DNA of 64,000 bases. Origin: an uncultured Bacteroidales bacterium. GTDB taxonomy: Bacteria > Bacteroidota > Bacteroidia > Bacteroidales > UBA11471. This document shows positions 47,072 through 54,679 of this stretch, piece by piece. The position numbers and the translations under genes were made by a program. Position 1 is the stretch's first letter, and every line of letters starts with the position of its first letter. The stretch is from positions 22,497-86,496 of the forward strand of contig CANQDQ010000003.1 in assembly GCA_947593515.1 (NCBI GenBank), written 5' to 3'. The notes under the pieces were generated by a model that ran no database searches, was not told where the DNA came from, and worked only from the letters and a program-made list of their open reading frames with translations.

Positions 47072-47698
47072 TTATTTCACAAAACGGCGTCCGTTCCAAC
47101 GATAGACGAGCGGGGCAGTGTTTAGATGTGGAACTATCTGTTTGTAAGCATCTTCCGGAAGAAAATCCTGTAAATGTTGTTCGACGTAGAGGGTATCGCC
47201 ACTTATCCAGTATTCCATCGGCAGCATCGGAAGCGATTGTGCGGTATCGGCTTTTTCCTGCCGGTTTCCGACAAAAAAGTCTTCGGGGCGCGGCGGGGTA
47301 AGGAGCGACGCGGCATCGCGCGCAGTCCAACCGGTATCGTAAAAGTCGATGCGGCTGTCGGCTGCCGGCATTTTCACGGTTTGCACGACGGCGACGACAG
47401 GCGACGATTTCGCCGGCAGCAGAGCTATCTGCATGATCGATTTTTCCGAAAGCGACAAGAGGAGCGTTTTTTCGTCGAGCCGTTCGAGCGTGATGTTCCC
47501 CATGCGCCCCTTGACGCTGCCGGCGTGTCCGGCTTTATGCAGGTCGAGCAAGTCTTTGCGGGCATTGACATCGAGTTGGGGAAGCAAGGCGTCGGGCATC
47601 GTTATGAAACAGGTTTCGAGCGTCGTCCGTTCTTGCGCTTCACTTTCGGAAGCGAATGAAAAGAAAAATAAAAATATCGGAAAAATCCATTTTTTCAT
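47072..47698 (-). CDS. hypothetical exported protein (possibly DUF3256-like)
   Basis: 208 aa with signal peptide 'MKKWIFPIFLFFFSFASESEAQ'. The family guess is from memory only. Confidence 0.5.
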   Translation of the reverse strand: MKKWIFPIFLFFFSFASESEAQERTTLETCFITMPDALLPQLDVNARKDLLDLHKAGHAGSVKGRMGNITLERLDEKTLLLSLSEKSIMQIALLPAKSSPVVAVVQTVKMPAADSRIDFYDTGWTARDAASLLTPPRPEDFFVGNRQEKADTAQSLPMLPMEYWISGDTLYVEQHLQDFLPEDAYKQIVPHLNTAPLVYRWNGRRFVK

Positions 47699-47734
47699 AC
47701 CCTTATATTTTTAGTTTATAATCAATTGTATGTT

Positions 47735-48640
47735 TCATCGTGTACCCAAGTAGAGGAAATACATACCGATAAGCACCAGCAGCAAATCGACGGCTTTACT
47801 GCGAATGTTTTTCTCGTGGAAGAACAGGGCGCCGAAAAGGAAGCTCACCACCACGCCGCTGCGCCGCGCCATCGAGACGATGGAAATCATGGAATCGGGG
47901 AAGCTGAGGGCGTAGAAGTAAATGAAGTCGGCAGCCACGAGAAAGAGCGAAATGAAAAAGATGCTCGGACGCCACCGGAAGGGGGTGGAGTCTTTGCGTC
48001 CGCGATACCACACGAGCAAGATGCCCGCCATGATAATCATCTGGTAATAGGTGTACCACACTTGCACGACCATGCGGTCGAACCCGTTGGACAGCAGGTA
48101 TTTGTCGTAGAGCGCGCTGAGTGCGCCGGTGAGGGTGGCGAGCACGATGAAATAAATCCAGCGGTCGTGGGCGAAGCGTATGCCCTCTTTTTTGCCTGCC
48201 GACGAGAGCATGAAAAAGGAGACTATCGACACGATAACACCTATCCACTGGTAGAGGTTGAGGCGCTCGCCGAAGATGAGCAGCGCGCCCAAAAGGGTGA
48301 GCACGGGCTGCGACGCCTTTATCGTTCCGGCTATGGTGAGGGGCAGGTGTTTCATGGCAAAGTAGGCGAACACCCACGACGACAGCACGATAACAGCTTT
48401 CAATACGATATAGAGATGTGTCGCAAAGTCGGCACGCGGCAGGTAGAACAGGGTATTTTCGACTGTCTCGGGGAAAAATCGGGAGAGCAGTATGGCGGGC
48501 AGGAAAAGCAGGCTGCAAAAGAGCGTGTTGAGGAAAAGTACGGGTATGACGGCATTGTTGTCGAGCGCCATTTTTTTGAACACTTCGTACATGCCTAACA
48601 ATACTGCCGATATGAAAGCGAAAATCAACCACATACGCAA
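47735..48640 (-). CDS. EamA/DMT family transporter
   Basis: 301 aa with about 10 hydrophobic helices arranged as two EamA-like halves. Confidence 0.8.
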   Translation of the reverse strand: MRMWLIFAFISAVLLGMYEVFKKMALDNNAVIPVLFLNTLFCSLLFLPAILLSRFFPETVENTLFYLPRADFATHLYIVLKAVIVLSSWVFAYFAMKHLPLTIAGTIKASQPVLTLLGALLIFGERLNLYQWIGVIVSIVSFFMLSSAGKKEGIRFAHDRWIYFIVLATLTGALSALYDKYLLSNGFDRMVVQVWYTYYQMIIMAGILLVWYRGRKDSTPFRWRPSIFFISLFLVAADFIYFYALSFPDSMISIVSMARRSGVVVSFLFGALFFHEKNIRSKAVDLLLVLIGMYFLYLGTR

Positions 48641-48645
48641 ATCTT

Positions 48646-49431
48646 TTATACGATAAACACGGCATCGGGATAGACGATGTCGTAGAGGAACAGCCCGTTG
48701 GCGGGCGCCGAGCTGCCGGCACGGCAGCGGTCTTTGGCTTCGACGATGCGCCGGAAGTCGGGCAAGGTGAGTTTTCCCCGCCCCACCTCGACGAGCGTGC
48801 CGACGACAGCGCGCACCATGTTGCGCAGAAAGCGGTCGGCGGTGATTTCAAATATCAGATCGCCGCCTTCCCCAAACCAGTGCGCCTGCGAGAGGCGGCA
48901 ATTGTAGGTCTTCACGTCGGTATGCACGCGGCTGAAACTCTTGAAGTCGGTGTATTGCAGGAGCTGTGCGGCGGCATCGTTCATGGCGGCGACGTCGAGG
49001 GCGGCGGTGTTCATCGCCCAGCGGTAGCGCCCCGCGAAAGGGTCTTTCCGGTCGGTGAGGTAGTAGCGGTAGGTGCGCGACAGGGCATCGAAGCGGCTGT
49101 GGGCGTCGGGAGCGACGGGCACGATACGGTTTACGGCGATGTCGGGCGGGAGTATGCGGTTGAGGCGCATCGTCCACTCGGCGGGGTCGTCGAGCGGAGC
49201 CGGCAGGTCGATGTGCGCCGTCATCACACGGGCGTGCACGCCCGTGTCGGTGCGCCCTGCGCCGGTGGCGGGCACCGGTCGGCGGGCAAGCAGGGCGAGG
49301 GCGTTTTCGAGGCACTCCTGCACAGTGATGCCGTTGGGCTGGCGCTGCCACCCGTGATAAGCCGTGCCGTCGTAAGAGAGGTACAGGAAATAACGAAATC
49401 GACTGTCGTCCGTCGCCGCCATCTGCCGCAT
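48646..49431 (-). CDS. truA: tRNA pseudouridine(38-40) synthase
   Basis: Starts at the ATG at 49431 (MRQMAAT...). 'YFLYLSYDGTAYHGWQRQP', 'GAGRTDTGVHA'. Its start overlaps the speA stop (TGATG). Confidence 0.92.
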   Translation of the reverse strand: MRQMAATDDSRFRYFLYLSYDGTAYHGWQRQPNGITVQECLENALALLARRPVPATGAGRTDTGVHARVMTAHIDLPAPLDDPAEWTMRLNRILPPDIAVNRIVPVAPDAHSRFDALSRTYRYYLTDRKDPFAGRYRWAMNTAALDVAAMNDAAAQLLQYTDFKSFSRVHTDVKTYNCRLSQAHWFGEGGDLIFEITADRFLRNMVRAVVGTLVEVGRGKLTLPDFRRIVEAKDRCRAGSSAPANGLFLYDIVYPDAVFIV

Positions 49432-51329
49432 CAATCTTTTTCGAGGTAGGTATATCCGTAAAGCCCCGAGCGGTAGTTCGAGAGAAATTCGCGACCCTCT
49501 TCGGGGGTTATCACGCCGGCTTTCATCGAAGTGGTTACCCACGTCTCGACGCTGCGCACCATTTTTTTTGGGTTGAACTGCACGTAGTCGAGCACTTCGG
49601 CGACGGTTTCGCCGTCGATGACCTGATCGATTTCGTAGCGGTCTTTATACACGCTCACGTGCACGGCGTTGGTGTCGCCGAAGAGGTTGTGCAGGTCGCC
49701 CAAAATCTCCTGATAGGCGCCCACGAGAAAGACGCCGATGTAGTACGGCTCCTTGCCGTTGAACGTATGCACGGGCAGGTGGTAGTTGAAATTCCGGGCG
49801 GAGATGAAGTTGTCGATTTTTCCGTCGGAGTCGCACGTGATGTCCTGCAAGGTTGCCGAGCGCGTAGGTTTCTCGTCGAGGCGGCTGATGGGCATGATGG
49901 GGAATATCTGGTCTATCGCCCACGAATCGGGGAGCGACTGAAACAGGGAGAAGTTGCAGAAATATTTGTCGGGGAGCATTTTGGCGATTTTCCGCAGCTC
50001 TTCGGGGGCGTGTTTTATTTCGTTCGCCATTTCGTACACTTCGCGGGCTATCGACCAGAAGAGGCGTTCTATCTGGGCGCGGGTGCGCAGGTCGAGCAGC
50101 CCCAGCCCGAAGAGTTCGAGCGCCTCGTCGCGTATCTGCAAAGCGTCGTGCCACGTTTCTATGAGGTCGTGTTGATTGAGGTTGTCCCACGACGTGTAGA
50201 GTTCGCGCACGAGTTCGTGGTCGCTGTCCGACACTTCGGTATCGTCGTCCCATGCAGGGAGGGTGGTCGTTTCGAGTACCTCGAATATCAGCACGGAGTG
50301 GTGGGCGGTAAGCGAGCGCCCCGACTCGGTGATGATATTGGGCTGCGGCAGGTTGTTTTTGGTGCATACATCGACGAGCGTCCATATCGAGTCGTTCACG
50401 TACTCCTGTATGGAGTAGTTCATGCTGCTCTCGCTGGCGGAGGAGCGGGTGCCGTCGTAGTCAACGCCCAGCCCGCCGCCTATATCCACGAAGTCGATAC
50501 CGTAGCCCATTTTGCGCAGCTGCACGTAGAATTGCGAGGCTTCGCGCAGGGCGTTTTTGATGCGGCGTATTTTGGTTATCTGGCTGCCGATATGGAAGTG
50601 TATGAGTTTCAGGCAGTCCTGCATTTTGTTTTTTTCGAGTATGTCGAGGGCTTCGAGCAGCTCGCTCGAATTGAGTCCGAATTTGCTCACATCGCCGCCC
50701 GACTCCTCCCACTTGCCGCTGCCGGTGCTCGACAGTTTGATGCGGATTCCGATGTTGGGGCGTATTTTCAGCCGTTTCGATATGGAGGCGATGAGGCTCA
50801 ATTCGTTGAGTTTCTCGACCACGAGAAAGATGCGGCGCCCCATTTTCTGGGCGAGCAGGGCGAGCTCGATGTAATTTTCGTCTTTGTAGCCGTTGCAGAT
50901 AATCAGCGAATTGGAATCGACGTTAATGGCGAGTACGGCGTGAAGTTCGGGTTTGGAGCCGGCTTCGAGTCCGATGTTGAATTTCTTGCCGTGGCTCACG
51001 ATTTCTTCGACGACCGGATTCATCTGATTCACCTTTATGGGGTAGATGATGAAGTTTTGGGCGGTGTAGCCGTACTGGTCGGCAGCCTGCCGGAAGCAGT
51101 TCGATATTTTTTCGATGCGGTTGTCGAGTATGTCGGGGAAGCGCACCAGCACGGGGGCGGAAACGTCGCGCACCTGCAATTCGTCCATCAATTCTTTCAA
51201 ATCGACGGAGGCGTAGCCCTCTTTGGGTGTTACGGTGGCATGACCTTTCTCGTTGATAGAGAAGTACTTCAATCCCCAACCGGTGATGTTGTAGAGTTCC
51301 GACGAGTCTTCAATGCGCCATTTTCTCAT
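49431..51329 (-). CDS. speA: biosynthetic arginine decarboxylase
   Basis: 632 aa from the ATG at 51329 (MRKWRIEDS...). 'YNITGWGLKYFSIN', 'IIYPIKVNQ', 'GLEAGSKPEL', 'HFHIGSQ', 'DIGGGLGVDYDG'. Confidence 0.95.
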   Translation of the reverse strand: MRKWRIEDSSELYNITGWGLKYFSINEKGHATVTPKEGYASVDLKELMDELQVRDVSAPVLVRFPDILDNRIEKISNCFRQAADQYGYTAQNFIIYPIKVNQMNPVVEEIVSHGKKFNIGLEAGSKPELHAVLAINVDSNSLIICNGYKDENYIELALLAQKMGRRIFLVVEKLNELSLIASISKRLKIRPNIGIRIKLSSTGSGKWEESGGDVSKFGLNSSELLEALDILEKNKMQDCLKLIHFHIGSQITKIRRIKNALREASQFYVQLRKMGYGIDFVDIGGGLGVDYDGTRSSASESSMNYSIQEYVNDSIWTLVDVCTKNNLPQPNIITESGRSLTAHHSVLIFEVLETTTLPAWDDDTEVSDSDHELVRELYTSWDNLNQHDLIETWHDALQIRDEALELFGLGLLDLRTRAQIERLFWSIAREVYEMANEIKHAPEELRKIAKMLPDKYFCNFSLFQSLPDSWAIDQIFPIMPISRLDEKPTRSATLQDITCDSDGKIDNFISARNFNYHLPVHTFNGKEPYYIGVFLVGAYQEILGDLHNLFGDTNAVHVSVYKDRYEIDQVIDGETVAEVLDYVQFNPKKMVRSVETWVTTSMKAGVITPEEGREFLSNYRSGLYGYTYLEKD

Positions 51330-51528
51330 TTCTCGAATAAATTTCTTACGGTTAATAGGTTGAACAACGGGTTTTCGTTCGGAAACGAATCGCAAAAATA
51401 GGTATAAAAAACGAACTTCCGCAACGATAGCGGCGGAAATATGCGTGCCGGCTGTCGCATTTTTGCGTTTTGACGGTCGTATGTGAAATAAAATCTTTCC
51501 GACAGGCGAAAAAAAGAATAAATTTTTT

Positions 51529-51536
51529 TATATTTG
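51529..51536 (+). promoter_or_regulatory. -7 box TAtaTTTG for fba
   Basis: Exact TAnnTTTG match 47 nt upstream of the fba ATG. Confidence 0.45.
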
Positions 51537-51582
51537 CACGATACGAAATCGCAATTTATTTTTTTAGAAAAACAAATAAAAA

Positions 51583-52590
51583 ATGGTTAGTTACAAAGAA
51601 TTAGGTTTGGTGAACACCCGGGAGATGTTTGCCAAAGCAATCAAAGGAGGCTATGCCGTACCGGCATTCAATTTCAACAACATGGAACAGTTGCAGGCAA
51701 TCATACAGGCGACGGTCGAAACCAAGTCGCCCGTAATCCTGCAAGTATCGAAGGGCGCACGCCAGTATGCCAACCAGACGCTGCTGCGCTATATGGCAGA
51801 GGGCGCTGTGGAATATGCCAAAGAGTTGGGCTGCCCGAAACCCGAAATCGTGCTGCACCTCGACCACGGCGATTCGTTCGAGCTGTGCAAATCGTGCATC
51901 GACATGGGCTTCTCGTCGGTGATGATCGACGGGTCGCACCTGCCCTACGACGAGAATGTGGCTCTCACCAAGAAAGTGGTGGAATACGCTCATCAGTTCG
52001 ACGTTACCGTCGAAGGCGAGCTGGGCGTGCTTGCCGGTGTCGAAGATGAAGTGTCGGCAGAGCACCACACCTACACCCGTCCCGAAGAGGTCGTCGACTT
52101 CGTAACGAAAACGGGCTGCGACAGTCTGGCAATCTCCATCGGCACGTCGCACGGCGCCAACAAATTCACGCCGGCACAGTGCACGCGCGATGCCAACGGC
52201 CGCCTCGTGCCGCCGCCCCTGCGCTTCGACGTGCTCGAAGGCGTCGAAAAAGAGCTGCCCGGATTCCCCATCGTGCTGCACGGCTCGTCGTCGGTTCCTC
52301 AGGAAGAGGTCGACACCATCAACAAATACGGCGGTGCGCTCAAAGACGCTATCGGCATTCCCGAAGAGCAGCTGCGCAAAGCCGCTGCATCGGCTGTCTG
52401 CAAAATCAATATAGACTCCGACAGCCGCCTTGCCATGACGGCCGCCATACGCGAGACGATGGCGCTGAAACCCGCCGAGTTCGACCCGCGCAAATACATG
52501 GGTCCGGCACGCGACAATATGAAGAAACTCTACATTCACAAAATTGTCGATGTGTTGGGCAGCGCCGGAAAATGCGCCTGCGCCCGATAA
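51583..52590 (+). CDS. fba: class II fructose-bisphosphate aldolase
   Basis: 335 aa. 'YAVPAFNFNNMEQ', 'LHLDHG', 'SVMIDGS', 'EGELG', 'LAISIGTSHG', 'LHGSS'. Confidence 0.95.
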   Translation: MVSYKELGLVNTREMFAKAIKGGYAVPAFNFNNMEQLQAIIQATVETKSPVILQVSKGARQYANQTLLRYMAEGAVEYAKELGCPKPEIVLHLDHGDSFELCKSCIDMGFSSVMIDGSHLPYDENVALTKKVVEYAHQFDVTVEGELGVLAGVEDEVSAEHHTYTRPEEVVDFVTKTGCDSLAISIGTSHGANKFTPAQCTRDANGRLVPPPLRFDVLEGVEKELPGFPIVLHGSSSVPQEEVDTINKYGGALKDAIGIPEEQLRKAAASAVCKINIDSDSRLAMTAAIRETMALKPAEFDPRKYMGPARDNMKKLYIHKIVDVLGSAGKCACAR

Positions 52591-52612
52591 CATGCCTGTC
52601 AGCTGAATAAGC

Positions 52613-52647
52613 AACGCGCTCCCTCGCACGAGGGGGCGCGTTTTTTA
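52613..52647 (+). terminator. intrinsic terminator after fba
   Basis: GC-rich stem CGCGCTCCCTCG/CGAGGGGGCGCG with one G-U pair, followed by TTTTTT. Confidence 0.8.
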
Positions 52648-52712
52648 TCGCCCCTGCCCACGCGTATTGCAAAAAAATTCGCCCGCGATTTGGCAATCTG
52701 CCGAAAAGGCAC

Positions 52713-52740
52713 TATATTTGTACATAAAAATGTACATACC
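52713..52740 (+). promoter_or_regulatory. TA-operon promoter/operator: TAtaTTTG -7 box overlapping two TGTACA palindromes
   Basis: TATATTTGTACATAAAAATGTACATACC. The -7 box is at 52713-52720. The TGTACA hexamers start at 52719 and 52731, giving a 12-bp phase. Confidence 0.5.
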
Positions 52741-52747
52741 GACCCTT

Positions 52748-53029
52748 ATGAATGCCATTACAATCAGTCCGACGGAATTGCGCGCCAATCAAAAAAAGTA
52801 TTTCGATATGGCAGAAACCACCCGCATTTTCGTAAAACGGGGACGTAAACTTATCGAATTGGTGGTAAAAGATGCTATCGACGACAACCCGAGCCCGAGC
52901 GGCGATGCGTGGTTCGACGACCCGCGAAACATCGCGGAGCTGTCGCGCCGCATAGAGGCGGTACGTCAAGGAAACGCCCGTTTTACTCCTCTCGAAGAAT
53001 TGCGCAAATCATGGGAAGATACCGAGTAG
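52748..53029 (+). CDS. type II antitoxin (partner of the YoeB-like toxin)
   Basis: 93 aa from the ATG at 52748. It overlaps the toxin start by 19 nt. 'ITISPTELRANQKKYFDMAE...' has a Phd/YefM-like N-terminal style. The role is inferred mainly from gene pairing. Confidence 0.65.
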   Translation: MNAITISPTELRANQKKYFDMAETTRIFVKRGRKLIELVVKDAIDDNPSPSGDAWFDDPRNIAELSRRIEAVRQGNARFTPLEELRKSWEDTE

Positions 53030-53286
53030 TTATCGAAAAACAGGCGCAGGTCGATATAGAAATTCATCTGAAAAGCGGAGATAAAAATTCGATTAAACGT
53101 CTGTTTCGAATCTTGGACGAATTGGAAATACACCCCGAATCGGGTACCGGTCGTCCCGAACGTTTGAAATACGCTTTTGCCGGATATTGGTCAAGACGCA
53201 TTACCGAGCGCCACCGCCTTATTTACAAAATAGACGGCGAACAGGTAACGGTATTCGTCATCTCGGCTTTCGGTCATTACGAATAA
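53011..53286 (+). CDS. yoeB: Txe/YoeB family toxin
   Basis: 91 aa. 'IHPESGTGRPERLKYAFAGYWSRRITERHRLIYKIDGEQVTVFVISAFGHYE' matches the YoeB C-terminal signature (G.PE.L......WSRRI...HRL.Y......HY). Confidence 0.85.
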   Translation: MGRYRVVIEKQAQVDIEIHLKSGDKNSIKRLFRILDELEIHPESGTGRPERLKYAFAGYWSRRITERHRLIYKIDGEQVTVFVISAFGHYE

Positions 53287-53303
53287 AAGATTAAAATAAG
53301 CGG

Positions 53304-53412
53304 TTATACATTTTTTGTATAACGATTTTTGTACATAAAATGTGTAACACTTTTTGTATATACAATTTTTGTGTACACAATTTGTGTATATACATTTTTT
53401 GTAGTATATTTG
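53304..53412. repeat. phased array of TGT..ACA palindromes in T-rich spacers
   Basis: Perfect palindromes TTGTATATACAA (53354-65), TTGTGTACACAA (53369-80) and TGTATATACA (53385-94), with centres exactly 15 bp apart. Also TTATACA-n5-TGTATAA (53304-22), TGTACA (53330-35), GTGTAACAC (53342-50) and a degenerate TGTAGTATA. The array ends in the -7 box at 53405-12. Confidence 0.8.
53405..53412 (+). promoter_or_regulatory. -7 box TAtaTTTG for the ATPase gene
   Basis: Exact TAnnTTTG match 26 nt upstream of the ATG at 53438. Confidence 0.45.
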
Positions 53413-53437
53413 TTGCGAAACAAAAAACGCATACATC

Positions 53438-54571
53438 ATGGAAACTCCGTTTGTTTTCGGAAAAATCGCTACGGAAAAGAATTTTACCGACCGCGAAAAA
53501 GAAACGGCAGAGCTGGTGCAGCAATTCACCTCTCTTATCAATACGATTATCATCTCGCCCCGCCGCTGGGGCAAGAGTTCGCTGGTGAACAAGGCGGCTA
53601 CGGCGGCCATGGCGCAGGACGAGCGGCTGCGGATTTGCCACATCGACCTGTTCAACGTGCGCAACGAAGAAGGATTCTATACCCTCTTGGCGCAAAAGGT
53701 CATTGCGGCTACCGCCACGAAATGGGAGGAGGCGGTCGAAAACGTAAAAGCGTTTTTCTCGCACCTCGTTCCGAAAATAGCCATCGGCACCGCGCCGGGC
53801 AATGAGATTTCCCTCGACTTCGATTGGGAGGAGGTGCGGCGCAATCCCGACGAAGTGCTCGACCTTGCCGAGAAAATCGCCGAAGAGAAGGGGTTGAAAA
53901 TCGTCGTCTGCATCGACGAGTTTCAAAACATTTCAGAGTTTGCCGACTCCGTCGGATTCCCAAAGCGGCTGCGTGCGCACTGGCAGCGGCACCGGCACGC
54001 CGCCTATTGTCTTTACGGCAGCAAGCGGCACATGATGATGGAGGTGTTCACCGGCGCGTCCATGCCGTTTTACAAGTTCGGCACGTTGATTTTTCTCGAA
54101 AAAATCGGGACGCCGCAACTCACGGCGTTTTTCAAAAGCCGCTTTGCCGACACGGGCAAAAGCATCGACGAGGCGGCTGCCTGCCTTATTGCCGAGCTGA
54201 CGGACAATCACCCCTACTATGCCCAACAGCTGGCACAGCTGTCGTGGCTGCGCACCCACGACCGGTGCAGCGAAGAAATCGTGCGCGAGGCGCACGCCGC
54301 CTTGGTGGAGCAGCTGAGCCTGCTGTTCGTTACCATTACCGAAACGCTGACCACGCAGCAGCTCTGCTACCTCCATGCGCTGACTGCCGGCGAGAAGGCT
54401 ATCCACTCGACGGCGGTCATGAGCCGCTACCGCATATCGTCGGCAACGAGCATTGCCCGCTCGAAAGCGGCGCTCGTCGAATGCGATATACTCGACAACA
54501 AGGGCGGAGAGGTTTCATTTCAAGACCCGATTTACGCCTACTGGCTGAAAACGCAATATTTTGCCGGATAG
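53438..54571 (+). CDS. Arch_ATPase/DUF234-type AAA ATPase
   Basis: 377 aa. 'FTDREKETAELVQQF...IIISPRRWGKSSLVNKA' (Walker A variant), 'VVCIDEFQNI' (Walker B), and a winged-helix-like C-terminus. Confidence 0.75.
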   Translation: METPFVFGKIATEKNFTDREKETAELVQQFTSLINTIIISPRRWGKSSLVNKAATAAMAQDERLRICHIDLFNVRNEEGFYTLLAQKVIAATATKWEEAVENVKAFFSHLVPKIAIGTAPGNEISLDFDWEEVRRNPDEVLDLAEKIAEEKGLKIVVCIDEFQNISEFADSVGFPKRLRAHWQRHRHAAYCLYGSKRHMMMEVFTGASMPFYKFGTLIFLEKIGTPQLTAFFKSRFADTGKSIDEAAACLIAELTDNHPYYAQQLAQLSWLRTHDRCSEEIVREAHAALVEQLSLLFVTITETLTTQQLCYLHALTAGEKAIHSTAVMSRYRISSATSIARSKAALVECDILDNKGGEVSFQDPIYAYWLKTQYFAG

Positions 54572-54623
54572 GAGCCGTCGCGGCACGACAACCGCCGACA
54601 CATAAACATTTTCCCAGACAGAC

Positions 54624-54662
54624 AAAAAGAGAGGGGCGACCGTGCGGTCGCCCCTCTTTCTA
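54624..54662. terminator. bidirectional intrinsic terminator
   Basis: 12-bp stem AGAGGGGCGACC/GGTCGCCCCTCT with loop GTGC, an A run on the left and a T-rich stretch on the right. It lies between convergent genes. Confidence 0.8.
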
Positions 54663-54679
54663 TCAGTCGTTATCGGTTG

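Noticed and set aside
47796-48851. 351-aa minus ORF crossing the EamA/truA boundary; also 47726..48598 (+, 290 aa)
   Set aside because: It is out of frame with two well-supported genes and spans their intergenic gap. The product is R/P-rich and non-membrane, in contrast to the clear 10-TM EamA frame.
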